DNA of 64,000 nucleotides from Trueperaceae bacterium (GTDB lineage Bacteria; Deinococcota; Deinococci; Deinococcales; Trueperaceae): NCBI GenBank assembly GCA_965214405.1, contig OZ243956.1, positions 4,128,001 to 4,192,000 of the forward strand, read 5' to 3'. Shown piece by piece: positions 29,803 to 39,150 of this stretch (position 1 is its first letter; each line of letters starts with the position of its first letter). The notes under the pieces were generated by a model. It saw only the letters and a program-made list of their open reading frames with translations, ran no database searches and was not told where the DNA came from. The position numbers and the translations under genes were made by a program.

Positions 29803-30195
29803 ATGACGACTGACAGAACCACACTTATAAAAAAACTCACGCTTCTCCTCATGGTTGCCGGAGCGTTCACACTTTTCGCCTCGAACGCCCGCGCCATGTG
29901 CGCGTACAACGAGACAGACACCGACATTTATGCGGAGTTCGACTGCGGCATATTTTGTGGCAATCGGTGGGAGATGCAACCGGGTAGTCACGACTGCCGT
30001 CCTAACAAGAAAGGTCGCTTTCTCACCGATTTTTTTTCGGGCGGTAGTGGTGACGGTTTTGCAACACCTCGCGTCGACCTTCAGGTCGGTGCTCACGGTT
30101 GGGTAGAAATAACACAAGGCGGCGCTGCTAAAGCTGAAGCTTGTGTCTACAGGCAAGACGGCTCGCTGAGCAGTTGCGCGACCTTTGACCTCTAA
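29803..30195 (+). CDS. Cys-rich secreted protein, tandem paralog 3
   Basis: ARA|MCAYN; 6 Cys; HGWVE motif. Confidence 0.85.
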   Translation: MTTDRTTLIKKLTLLLMVAGAFTLFASNARAMCAYNETDTDIYAEFDCGIFCGNRWEMQPGSHDCRPNKKGRFLTDFFSGGSGDGFATPRVDLQVGAHGWVEITQGGAAKAEACVYRQDGSLSSCATFDL

Positions 30196-30199
30196 GGAG

Positions 30200-30637
30200 A
30201 TGACGTTGACATACCTCAAACGGTTGGCGCTGCTCCTGACCCTAGTCGGCGGGTCTATACTCTTCGCCTCGAGCGCTAACGCGATGTGCGTTTACAACTT
30301 TACGCTCGAGGTACCGCTATTTACACAGCTCACGCACAGCGTCACCAGTTACAACCCGAAGCTCGTCCCCTCCAGTAGTCACTACTGTCTCCCCAATGCT
30401 GGCGGCAGCCTCACCATTGAGCCTGCCGACGACGAGAACTCCGATCACGCCGTGTCTATCGACGTCGAGCCTCACGGTTTCGTAGCGGTAAGACGCCTTC
30501 ACAATAACGGCTTGCAAGCCTGCGCTTTTAAGCAAGACGGCTCGGATGGCGGCTGTAAGGTCTTCATTTTCAATCCTTTAGATGTCAAGCCTAAACATTT
30601 ACGCACCCCGCCGATGCCTGGATTCAAACCGGTTTAG
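30200..30637 (+). CDS. Cys-rich secreted protein, tandem paralog 4 (4 Cys)
   Basis: AAGGAG RBS; ANA|MCVYN; HGFVA motif; lacks the CGxxC pair. Confidence 0.82.
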   Translation: MTLTYLKRLALLLTLVGGSILFASSANAMCVYNFTLEVPLFTQLTHSVTSYNPKLVPSSSHYCLPNAGGSLTIEPADDENSDHAVSIDVEPHGFVAVRRLHNNGLQACAFKQDGSDGGCKVFIFNPLDVKPKHLRTPPMPGFKPV

Positions 30638-30647
30638 AAAGGCCATA

Positions 30648-31043
30648 ATGTCAACTACCCTGAAAAGATTTGTATCCCTTTTTGCTGTAGCTGGGACGTT
30701 TGCGGTACTAGCCCAGCTCACTCTGACCGCCAGCGCCATGTGCGTTTATAATTACACGGATACAGAGATTTATGCGAGGTACGACTGCGGCATCGTCTGC
30801 AGAAACGATTGGGATTTGGAACCCGGAGAAAGTCAGTGCCGCCCTAACAAGAGCGGTACCCTCAGTACCGGATATTACCAGAACGCCTATACCGTAATCT
30901 TACCCGCCGTCAAACTCGCTGTGGAGGCTCACAGTTGGGTGGAAATGAAAACCGTCGGCTTCGGTGACGTTCAGGTTTGCGCCTACCGGCAAGACCGCTC
31001 ACAGAGCAAATGTGTGACCTACGAGCCCCAAACAAACGGGTAG
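30648..31043 (+). CDS. Cys-rich secreted protein, tandem paralog 5
   Basis: ASA|MCVYN; 6 Cys; HSWVE motif. Confidence 0.85.
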   Translation: MSTTLKRFVSLFAVAGTFAVLAQLTLTASAMCVYNYTDTEIYARYDCGIVCRNDWDLEPGESQCRPNKSGTLSTGYYQNAYTVILPAVKLAVEAHSWVEMKTVGFGDVQVCAYRQDRSQSKCVTYEPQTNG

Positions 31044-31198
31044 CCGCCGACGTTGGGGCTTTATCGCCCCATCTCCCGAGGTAAACGAACCCTCGAGCAA
31101 GGAGCGTGAAAAACTCCTACGCAACCCCCTTAGTTTTGTTACCCTTATTACAATTACCTTTTGTAGCGCAACCCCTGACCGAATCCTTGGAGGTATTC

Positions 31199-33037
31199 AT
31201 GTCCGCTAAACCAACTCGGACTAGACCGCACTTTAATTCGAGGCAAAACGCCGTTTTCATCCTGTTCGCACTTCTCCTCCTGGGGGCGTGTAACCAGACA
31301 GATAACACTCCAGACGTCACCCCTAGTCTGCCCGACACCACAGGCAGCGCCCTGGTCCTGGGCGAAGCGCAAAGCTCCTTTCTCGACTCCCTCGGTAAAC
31401 GCCTGACGCTGACCCCCTACGACGGTAGCCAGAACCTTGCCGACTACGACGTACTGGTCTTCGACGGCGATCACCACACGCCGGACGAGGTACATGACCA
31501 CGAAATCGTCAAGCAAGCTGTTCGCTCAAACATGTGGGTCGTCGGCCTCGACCTGACAGAAGCGCACAAACGCCAGGGATTAGGGGACTATCTGCAAGCC
31601 GCAAGCAGTGGTAATAGCCCCGCTTACGCCGTACACATAGGTCAGGACACCAATGGTCGCCCCGAGGTTCGTATCCTCGAGCTTCCCGTAGGCGAACAAG
31701 AGGGTCGCCCGGTCAGTGGGGAGCCTGGCGGCAAGGCATTTACCACCGTTAAGGTGCAGAAGGGGGCTCCGGCAGACAGTGAGGCCTCTGCTGCGGCGTT
31801 CGGGGACATGTTGCTCAAGCACCTCGCTACGCCCATTTCGGCAATGCAAACGACAAACATCCCCCCCGAACTTCTCTACGCTACCTATTATTACTCGCAG
31901 AAGGTACCCTGGAAATTGACTGATGCTGGGCGTAAAAAAGGAACTCAAACCCCTTGGTATCAGGTGGACTATACCTTCACAATTTTCCTCGACAATGGCA
32001 CAGTTCCGCAAGGTGACTTCCAGTTCGTGCTGGCTGAGGCAGAAATGACCGCAAATCCTAAGGGCAATGGCGATTTCCTAAATATGAATGCCAAAGCGGG
32101 AAGTGATTGGGATCCGGGCACCTACGTCGAGATGGCCTGGTTTCAAACCTACGCTCATATAGATATAGCGCCTGTCACGGCTCAAGGATGGACTATGACC
32201 AGCAATTCTCCTCCTACAGTCAACGGCACCACCAACGTAACCTCGAGCTCCAGCTTTAATATAGGTTTCAATACAGCTCAGGGTATATTCGGTTCCTACA
32301 CATTCGGTAGTAGCGTTACCCACCCAATTCAAGACTGGAAGGTCACGAACGATAGCTCGGGGGTGAAGGCTTCTTGGGACTATAGCTCAGCTTATCCGCT
32401 AGATGGTCTAGGCGATTACAGTTGTGCTGATCAGCCAATGTTTAGCCAACATTCGTGTTACATCGTAAAGAAACCCAACGACCTTTCCTTAGATACTTTG
32501 ACGCTCGATACTAAAGGAGTTTGGCAAACCTCTAAAGTAGTAGATGATTCGGTGAGCTTTGCGCTCTCAAGTCAGCACGCTATGGCTGATGTTTGGTGTG
32601 CTAATGATGATGGTTTTTTCTGCGACAGTAAGCCGATTATTGGGAAAGAAGGTAACCTTTCAGCCGTAGTTGTCCAGGAGAAAAGCACTAACTTTTCTAT
32701 CAACCTCGGTGCCGTCGTGCCCATACCTATAAAGTCGATCACCTTCGACTCCCCGGCTACAACGACGCAACCAGCTCCAGCAGATAAACCGGTCACAGGC
32801 ACTATTACTCTTGACAGTCCGGCTCAGGTCGACACACCCATTATGCTTGAGGTCGTTAGTCAGAATGTAAACGCCTCGGTATCAACGCCTATAACGGTCA
32901 AGCAAGGGCAGCAAACCGTCGACTTCAAGATAAATACGAATGCGAATGGACTTAAGTCAGGAGATACAACTACCGTTACCTTAAACGCCTTTTACGCTGA
33001 GAAACGTGCGGTGCAATTCACGATTCAGGCACCCTGA
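31199..33037 (+). CDS. Lipoprotein with putative leukocidin/cytolysin-like beta-pore-forming domain and C-terminal Ig-like domain
   Basis: GGAGG RBS; lipobox LGAC; SPPTVNGTTNVTSSSSFNIGFNTAQGIFGSYTFGSSVTHPIQDW...ASW stem-like motif. The CDS is secure; the function is tentative. Confidence 0.6.
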   Translation: MSAKPTRTRPHFNSRQNAVFILFALLLLGACNQTDNTPDVTPSLPDTTGSALVLGEAQSSFLDSLGKRLTLTPYDGSQNLADYDVLVFDGDHHTPDEVHDHEIVKQAVRSNMWVVGLDLTEAHKRQGLGDYLQAASSGNSPAYAVHIGQDTNGRPEVRILELPVGEQEGRPVSGEPGGKAFTTVKVQKGAPADSEASAAAFGDMLLKHLATPISAMQTTNIPPELLYATYYYSQKVPWKLTDAGRKKGTQTPWYQVDYTFTIFLDNGTVPQGDFQFVLAEAEMTANPKGNGDFLNMNAKAGSDWDPGTYVEMAWFQTYAHIDIAPVTAQGWTMTSNSPPTVNGTTNVTSSSSFNIGFNTAQGIFGSYTFGSSVTHPIQDWKVTNDSSGVKASWDYSSAYPLDGLGDYSCADQPMFSQHSCYIVKKPNDLSLDTLTLDTKGVWQTSKVVDDSVSFALSSQHAMADVWCANDDGFFCDSKPIIGKEGNLSAVVVQEKSTNFSINLGAVVPIPIKSITFDSPATTTQPAPADKPVTGTITLDSPAQVDTPIMLEVVSQNVNASVSTPITVKQGQQTVDFKINTNANGLKSGDTTTVTLNAFYAEKRAVQFTIQAP

Positions 33038-33106
33038 TGGTTTCGCCAGTCGGTGCAAAGTCAACCCCTGCGCTCTAACAAGTGAAGGTGTAAAGGAGCC
33101 AGCCCC

Positions 33107-35938
33107 ATGCTACACCTAAAAGTAATCGCCTTATACACGCTCCTCCTGGCTGGCTGCCTGGTCCTGACGCTGGCTGCGTCTTCTCCCGCACCTGCCGCCA
33201 GCTCCGGTTTGCCTCTACCTAGTACCCTCGCCCTGCAAGGCTACGAAACGCAGCTCTACGCTTTTTTGGACGCGCGGCGGTACGAAGCGCTGGGCTGGGT
33301 CAAAGACAAACGCGTGCGCGACACCGGCCCCTTTATCGACGGTCAAGCCTACGGCACCCATCCGGCGGTGCGCATTTTCTATTCACCTGAGGTCTACGAC
33401 TGGTTGAAAGCGGGCCGCCCCGACGCCACCCCTATTCCCGATGGCGCGATGATCGTCAAAGAGATGTACACCCCGCCCGCGGCGCGCTACGGCGGCATGA
33501 CGGACGCAGATGTCAATAACAATATCTCCGGCTGGACGGTCATGGTTCGCGACAGTTCGGGCTCGAGAGACGGCTGGTTCTGGGCCTACTACGCGCCGGG
33601 GGAAGAGGTCGACACGAACGCCTACCCCTTCAGCTATCCCAACGCCGGGTTCGGGCAATACTGCGTGCGCTGCCACGCCTCGGCGGAGGGCGGGTTTACC
33701 TTTTCGTCGCTGCGCAACATCGAGGGCGAACCGGGCGAGCCCATCCAGTTCCGGGTGGACGACTCGTGGCTCGAGACCGACCCCGACGACAAGACGCTGC
33801 TGCTGCCGCACATCGCTCGAGCCGAAGCGCAAGACGCCCCGCCGGTGAAAGAAGTTAAACCCTTGAGCGAGCCCAACCCGGCCTTTTTGAAAACGTTTGA
33901 CGCCATCTCCGCTGTTGCTCCAGAAAGCGTCGTCAAGCTGCCGCCCGTCACCTTAGACCACGTGGTCGCCCCGGCCACGCCGCCCGACAGCCCCGAATTC
34001 TTCCTCACCTCCGACCAGTGCATGTCGTGCCACGACGGGCAGGGCGCACCCTTCGGCCCCAACATGTTCATCCCGGCGGACGAGACGCATCATGAAGCAC
34101 GTGGGGGGGTCAATCTGTCGCCTTTTGGTGAGTGGAACTGGTCGATGATGGGGCTGGCGGGCCGCGACCCGATTTTTTACGCGCAGCTCGAGAGCGAAAA
34201 CGCCCTCTGGCCGCCCCTGACCGGCATGATCGAAAATCTCTGCCTGCGCTGTCACGGCGTGATGGGCCAGAGGCAGTGGCACGCCGACGGCAACACTAGC
34301 GACTACACGCTCGACAAGCTGCTCATTGATAACGTGACCGACCCCGACCACGCCTACGGTGCGCTCTCGCGCGACGGTATTTCGTGTATGACGTGTCACC
34401 AAATCGTCGACGACGCGAAACCCTTGCGAGACATCGTCACCGGGCAGTTCGAGGTGTCGGGTCCGGTCGACGGCGTCACAAAAATCTACGGCCCCGTCAG
34501 CCAGCCCGCAACCCTGCCGATGGTCGCCTCGCTCGGCTTAGAGCCCCAGGAGAGCGCCTACATTTCGTCCTCGAGGGTCTGCGCGAGTTGCCACACCATC
34601 TTTTTGCCCGTGCTCGACGTGGACGGCAACGAGATCGGTAAGGGGTTCGAGCAGGTGACGTATTTGGAGTGGCTCAACAGCAGTTTTCAGGACGAACTCG
34701 GTACAGCACTTGGGAGCGGCAGCGACCCGCAGACCTGCCAGAACTGTCACATGACCGACGAATACCACGGTCAAAAACTGGCCTTTAAGATTGCCAACAT
34801 CCAAGACCAGACCTACCCGGAAGCCGACCACCTAGCTTCCTTGGACGATATCACCGTGCCCATCCGCGGGCTTGCGGGTGACACCTTGCCCCCCGACTTG
34901 AGCGAGCACGGCGACGAGAGTTTCAAGCGCCACACGCTTTTAGGCATCAACCAGTTCGGTTTGGAGATGTTCAACCAGTTTGATGAGATTTTGGGCGTTC
35001 GGAAAACGGACTACATGACGGGCTCGGCGAACGGTTTGCCGACTGCAATCGCCGAGAGTGACCGGCTTGCCAAAGAGGAAACGGCTACAGTGGAGATTTT
35101 GAACACCTCTTTTGAGGGCAACGTGCTTACAGCCGACGTCAAAGTCACCAACCTGACCGGGCACCGCTTTCCCTCGGGGGTCGGCTTCAGGCGGGCGTTT
35201 CTCGAGTTCAGCGTCACGGATGCTGACGGCGAGGTCGTTTGGGCGTCTGGACGCACCAACACGCTTGGGATCATCGTGGACGAGCAAAGTACCCCGTTGC
35301 CATCAGAATTTTTCGGGCGTGACCCGCAGACCGGTGAGCAGCTTTTTGAACCTCACTACCAGACGATTACCCGCCAGAATCAGGTGCAGATTTATCAGGA
35401 GCTGACGAAGAATCCGGCGGGCGTGTTTACCACCAGTTTTTTAGAGCGGCAGGACACGGTTAAAGACAACCGGCTGCTGCCCCGAGGCTGGACCGCGCAA
35501 GGTCCGGCGGGTTTCAAAGAGGCGTACTCGCCCGACCCCGCCGAGGCGGAAGAGGCGCTCGCCGCCACTCATCCAGAAGGTAATGTTCTCGAGGATGAAC
35601 GGTTCTTGGACGGCAGCGGCTCGGATGTCGTAACTTACCAGCCGACTTTACCGGAGGGGGTGCTCGAGGGCGTCGCCCAGGGCAGACCCTTGAGCGTCAC
35701 CGCCGCCCTTTACTATCAGGCCATCCCGCCCTCGTATTTACAAGACCGCTTTACCACGGCGCAGGGCGACCAGACGAAGCGGCTTTACTACCTGACAAGT
35801 CATCTCAACACACAAGGCACCAATATTAAGGATTGGAAACTGCTGACGGCTTCTGACAGCGTCCGAGTTGACAAGGCCCAAACTGACAACACCCAGGTTG
35901 ACAGTACCCAGACTAACAGTGCTCAGGGCTCGAGGTGA
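33107..35938 (+). CDS. Exported multiheme cytochrome c with N-terminal cytochrome P460-like domain
   Basis: Six CxxCH motifs (CVRCH, CMSCH, CLRCH, CMTCH, CASCH, CQNCH); PDGAMIVKEM...VMVR...GWFW P460-type beta motif; GHRFPSG. Confidence 0.85.
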   Translation: MLHLKVIALYTLLLAGCLVLTLAASSPAPAASSGLPLPSTLALQGYETQLYAFLDARRYEALGWVKDKRVRDTGPFIDGQAYGTHPAVRIFYSPEVYDWLKAGRPDATPIPDGAMIVKEMYTPPAARYGGMTDADVNNNISGWTVMVRDSSGSRDGWFWAYYAPGEEVDTNAYPFSYPNAGFGQYCVRCHASAEGGFTFSSLRNIEGEPGEPIQFRVDDSWLETDPDDKTLLLPHIARAEAQDAPPVKEVKPLSEPNPAFLKTFDAISAVAPESVVKLPPVTLDHVVAPATPPDSPEFFLTSDQCMSCHDGQGAPFGPNMFIPADETHHEARGGVNLSPFGEWNWSMMGLAGRDPIFYAQLESENALWPPLTGMIENLCLRCHGVMGQRQWHADGNTSDYTLDKLLIDNVTDPDHAYGALSRDGISCMTCHQIVDDAKPLRDIVTGQFEVSGPVDGVTKIYGPVSQPATLPMVASLGLEPQESAYISSSRVCASCHTIFLPVLDVDGNEIGKGFEQVTYLEWLNSSFQDELGTALGSGSDPQTCQNCHMTDEYHGQKLAFKIANIQDQTYPEADHLASLDDITVPIRGLAGDTLPPDLSEHGDESFKRHTLLGINQFGLEMFNQFDEILGVRKTDYMTGSANGLPTAIAESDRLAKEETATVEILNTSFEGNVLTADVKVTNLTGHRFPSGVGFRRAFLEFSVTDADGEVVWASGRTNTLGIIVDEQSTPLPSEFFGRDPQTGEQLFEPHYQTITRQNQVQIYQELTKNPAGVFTTSFLERQDTVKDNRLLPRGWTAQGPAGFKEAYSPDPAEAEEALAATHPEGNVLEDERFLDGSGSDVVTYQPTLPEGVLEGVAQGRPLSVTAALYYQAIPPSYLQDRFTTAQGDQTKRLYYLTSHLNTQGTNIKDWKLLTASDSVRVDKAQTDNTQVDSTQTNSAQGSR

Positions 35939-36048
35939 GACTTGAGACCCGCTCGAGTTCTGAATGGGGGCGACTACCGTATCCAGGTTCTCGGCAGGGT
36001 AACCACGCTTCCTCAACGTGAACCTACCGTGTTCACCGTAGATCCGAC

Positions 36049-36117
36049 CCTACCCGAACGGTCAGGTCCCTCCTACCCGACCGGGTGATGCGCCGCCCCC
36101 ACCTCCGCCTCTACAGT
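36049..36117 (+). promoter_or_regulatory. Putative LuxR/NarL-type operators and -10 box upstream of the S1C gene
   Basis: CCTACCCGAACGGTCAGG and CCTACCCGACCGGGTGAT 23 bp apart, then TACAGT. Confidence 0.55.
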
Positions 36118-36133
36118 AGAGGCGGAGGAAAAC

Positions 36134-37018
36134 ATGGACGCACAAGCCAATATATTCGTCAGCGCCATCGAAAAAGTAAGCCCCAGCGTCGTGCGCGTTG
36201 CCGCGAGGCGTTCGTACGACTTAAGCGGGGTGGTGTGGGAGGCGGACGGCGTTATCGTCACGACGAGCCGCGCCGTCGAGAGAGAAGAGGACGTCCGGGT
36301 CACGCTGGCGGACGGGCGAACGGTGACCGCGACGCTCGCAGGCCGCGACCCCGGCACCGACTTGGCCGTGCTCCGCGCGGATGTAGAAGGACTGACGGTG
36401 CCAGAGTGGGCCGACGCGGACGCGCTCAAGGTGGGGCAGTTTGCGCTTATCGTCGGGCGGCCCGGCGAGAGCGTGCAGGCAACGTCGGGCATCATGAGCG
36501 CCTTGGGTGGTGAGTGGCGGACTCGAGCGGGAGGCCGCATCGACCGCTTTGTGAAAAGTGATGCTAACACCTTTCCCGGCTTTTCGGGCGGGCCGCTCGT
36601 GAATTTAGAGGGCTCCATCTTGGGTATCAACTCCTCAGCCCTCACGCGTGGGGATTCGGTCACGCTGCCCACCTCTACGGTGCGGCGGGTGGTGGGGGCG
36701 CTGCTCGAGCACGGCGGGATGCGCCGCGGTTACTTAGGCGTCGGCGGTCAGCCGGTGCGCCTGCCGGAGAATTTGAGCGATACTTTAGGCAAGCGCGCAG
36801 GTCTCCTCATCACCTCCGTCGCGCCGGAGAGCCCCGCGGCGGACGCCGGTCTCGTTTTAGGCGACACGCTCGTGCTCTTTGACGGCGAGAGCGTCCACCA
36901 GCCCGCGCACTTGCTCGCGCTTTTGGACGAAACGCGCATCGGCAGAGCGGTTCCCGTCACGCTGGTGCGGGGTGGAGAGGTGCAAGAGCTTAACGTGACG
37001 GTTGGGGAGCGGACGTAA
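36134..37018 (+). CDS. S1C (HtrA-like) trypsin-PDZ protein, cytoplasmic
   Basis: DPGTDLAVL, PGFSGGPL, RGYLGV PDZ; Arg at the catalytic His position (TTSRAV). Confidence 0.88.
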   Translation: MDAQANIFVSAIEKVSPSVVRVAARRSYDLSGVVWEADGVIVTTSRAVEREEDVRVTLADGRTVTATLAGRDPGTDLAVLRADVEGLTVPEWADADALKVGQFALIVGRPGESVQATSGIMSALGGEWRTRAGGRIDRFVKSDANTFPGFSGGPLVNLEGSILGINSSALTRGDSVTLPTSTVRRVVGALLEHGGMRRGYLGVGGQPVRLPENLSDTLGKRAGLLITSVAPESPAADAGLVLGDTLVLFDGESVHQPAHLLALLDETRIGRAVPVTLVRGGEVQELNVTVGERT

Positions 37019-37128
37019 AGTTTGGCAAGACCCTATCAAAAGGCTCGGCACTCGAGTTTGGGCTTTAGAACTACGATAATCTACATGATGAGAAGCTTGC
37101 CATGTAGACTTTTCAGGACAAAACAACG

Positions 37129-38973
37129 ATGACTTCAACACGCTTTACAACCTTTAGAACTACGCTCTCCACCATGCGCCACGATCTCGTCACCACGGTC
37201 GGCATCGTGTGGGAAACGAGCCCGTTACAAACGCTCCTCATCACCTTACTAACGCTTGTGCAGGCTTTTTTCCCGGCGGCGAGCCTGTGGGTGAGTAAAC
37301 TCCTGCTCGACGCGGTGGCGCAGGCGGTGCAAGGGAATTTGCCCGGAGGCTTCGGGCAACTCGTCGGGCTCCTGGGGCTCCAAGTCGCCATCGGCGCGGG
37401 GTCCAACGTGCTCGCCTCAATCCAAGGCGCGTCGCGTGAGCTTTTGGGCGACGCGCTGCAAAACCGCATCAGCCAGAGGATTCTCACAAAAGCGGCGGGT
37501 TTGTCCGTCGAGCGTTTCGAGGACGCCGAGACCTACGACGCGCTGCGCAACGCCTACCGCGAGGTGGGCTCGAGGCCCTTAGGCGTCGCTACACAACTCT
37601 TATCGCTTTTCAGCGCCATCATCACCCTGGGCTCGATTGGCGCGCTCATGTCGCGGCTGGGTGGAAGCGTGATTCCTTTGATTCTTTTGGCAACGCTGCC
37701 GAGCGTGTGGGTCTCGAGCCGCTTCGGGGCCGAGGGCTACCGGATGATTCGCCGCCAGGCAACCGAGTCGCGGATGCAGAACTATCTAGGCATGGTGCTC
37801 ACCTCCGACACGCTTGTCAAAGAGGTGCGGCTCTTTGGCTTCGAGCGCTATCTGCTGGGGCGCTGGGACGGGTACTACAAAGTTTTCCGCGCGCAGCTCG
37901 TCTCGCTCATCACCCGGCGGAGCGCCTGGGGCCTGGGCGCGTCGCTCTTGTCGGCGGGGCTCATCGCGCTGGCGACGCTCTCTGTATTGCGGCGCGCGGC
38001 GCAGGGGGCGCTGACGGTGGGCGACTTCGGGCTTTTCGTTCAGGGCATCGCGCAGGTGCAGGGGCAGTTCTCGAACCTCCTGTCGGGCTTCTCGGGCATT
38101 TATCAGAACCTCTTATACATGCGCAACTTGTTCGAGTTTTTGGAACTTCCTGACCGTGATTTGAGTGCAGGCGAGACCTGGGAGGGTCCGGTTCACACCA
38201 TCACCTTTGAGAACGTGAGCTTCCGCTACCCACTGACCGAGGTGGACGTGCTCAAAGGCGTCTCGTTCGAGGTGCGCCGCGGGCAATCCTTGGCGCTCGT
38301 CGGGGAAAACGGCGCGGGCAAGACGACGCTGGTCAAGCTCCTCACCAAGCTTTACGAGCCCACGGGCGGGCGGATTTTGATTAATGGCCTTCCTGCGAGC
38401 CGCTTCAGCGCGCGGAGTTTACAAAGCCAAATGAGCAGCATTTTTCAAGACTTCGGCCAATACCAACTCACTGCGCGCGAGAACGTCGCGGTGAGCCGGA
38501 CGGACGCGATAGACGATGCGGACGCGGTGGCTAGGGCGGGCGACAAAGCTGGCGCGGCGGACATCGTCGGCGCACTCCCTGAAGGTTATGAAACGATGCT
38601 GGGCCGGATGTTCAAGGGTGGGCGGCAACTCTCGGGGGGGCAGTGGCAGCGTTTGGCGCTTGCCAGACTCTACTTCCGCGACGCTTCGGTCTTGATTTTT
38701 GACGAGCCCACCGCCGCGCTGGACGCCAATGCAGAATTTGAGGTAATTGAGACTTTACGCAAGAACGCGGCGGGGCGCATTACCGTCCTCATCTCGCACC
38801 GCTTTTCGACCGTGCGCTTGGCGGACCAGATTATCGTGCTTGAGGGGGGCGTCATCACCGAATCGGGCTCACACGAGGCGCTGTTAGAAGAGGACGGGAC
38901 CTACGCGGGGCTATTCAAGCTTCAGGCGCGGGGGTACGTGGAGAGTGCTAAGCTAGAAAGCGTTCACGTGTAA
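37129..38973 (+). CDS. ABC exporter, fused permease and ATPase
   Basis: GENGAGKT, LSGGQWQR, DEPTAALD and SHRFSTV motifs; N-terminal TM domain. Confidence 0.93.
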   Translation: MTSTRFTTFRTTLSTMRHDLVTTVGIVWETSPLQTLLITLLTLVQAFFPAASLWVSKLLLDAVAQAVQGNLPGGFGQLVGLLGLQVAIGAGSNVLASIQGASRELLGDALQNRISQRILTKAAGLSVERFEDAETYDALRNAYREVGSRPLGVATQLLSLFSAIITLGSIGALMSRLGGSVIPLILLATLPSVWVSSRFGAEGYRMIRRQATESRMQNYLGMVLTSDTLVKEVRLFGFERYLLGRWDGYYKVFRAQLVSLITRRSAWGLGASLLSAGLIALATLSVLRRAAQGALTVGDFGLFVQGIAQVQGQFSNLLSGFSGIYQNLLYMRNLFEFLELPDRDLSAGETWEGPVHTITFENVSFRYPLTEVDVLKGVSFEVRRGQSLALVGENGAGKTTLVKLLTKLYEPTGGRILINGLPASRFSARSLQSQMSSIFQDFGQYQLTARENVAVSRTDAIDDADAVARAGDKAGAADIVGALPEGYETMLGRMFKGGRQLSGGQWQRLALARLYFRDASVLIFDEPTAALDANAEFEVIETLRKNAAGRITVLISHRFSTVRLADQIIVLEGGVITESGSHEALLEEDGTYAGLFKLQARGYVESAKLESVHV

Positions 38974-39150
38974 GGGTGCGGGAGAGTCTGGCGGGGACCG
39001 CGTGAAGGTCTAGGCTGGTTCGTGTTTTCTCTGAAACCTTTTGACATTCAACCCAACGCGCCGATTCTCTCACAGAAACTTACGCCTCCTCCAAAACCTT
39101 TTTTTAATCCCTCAGACGCTCATTTCCTTTAGGAGAACGCATCCCCACCC

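Noticed and set aside
28635..31043. Paralog array read as DGR variable repeats or RiPP precursors
   Set aside because: No reverse transcriptase or maturase is in the window; divergence affects all bases; the products are ~100-aa Sec substrates.
37129..38973. ABC exporter as part of a RiPP cluster
   Set aside because: No precursor peptide or modification enzyme nearby.
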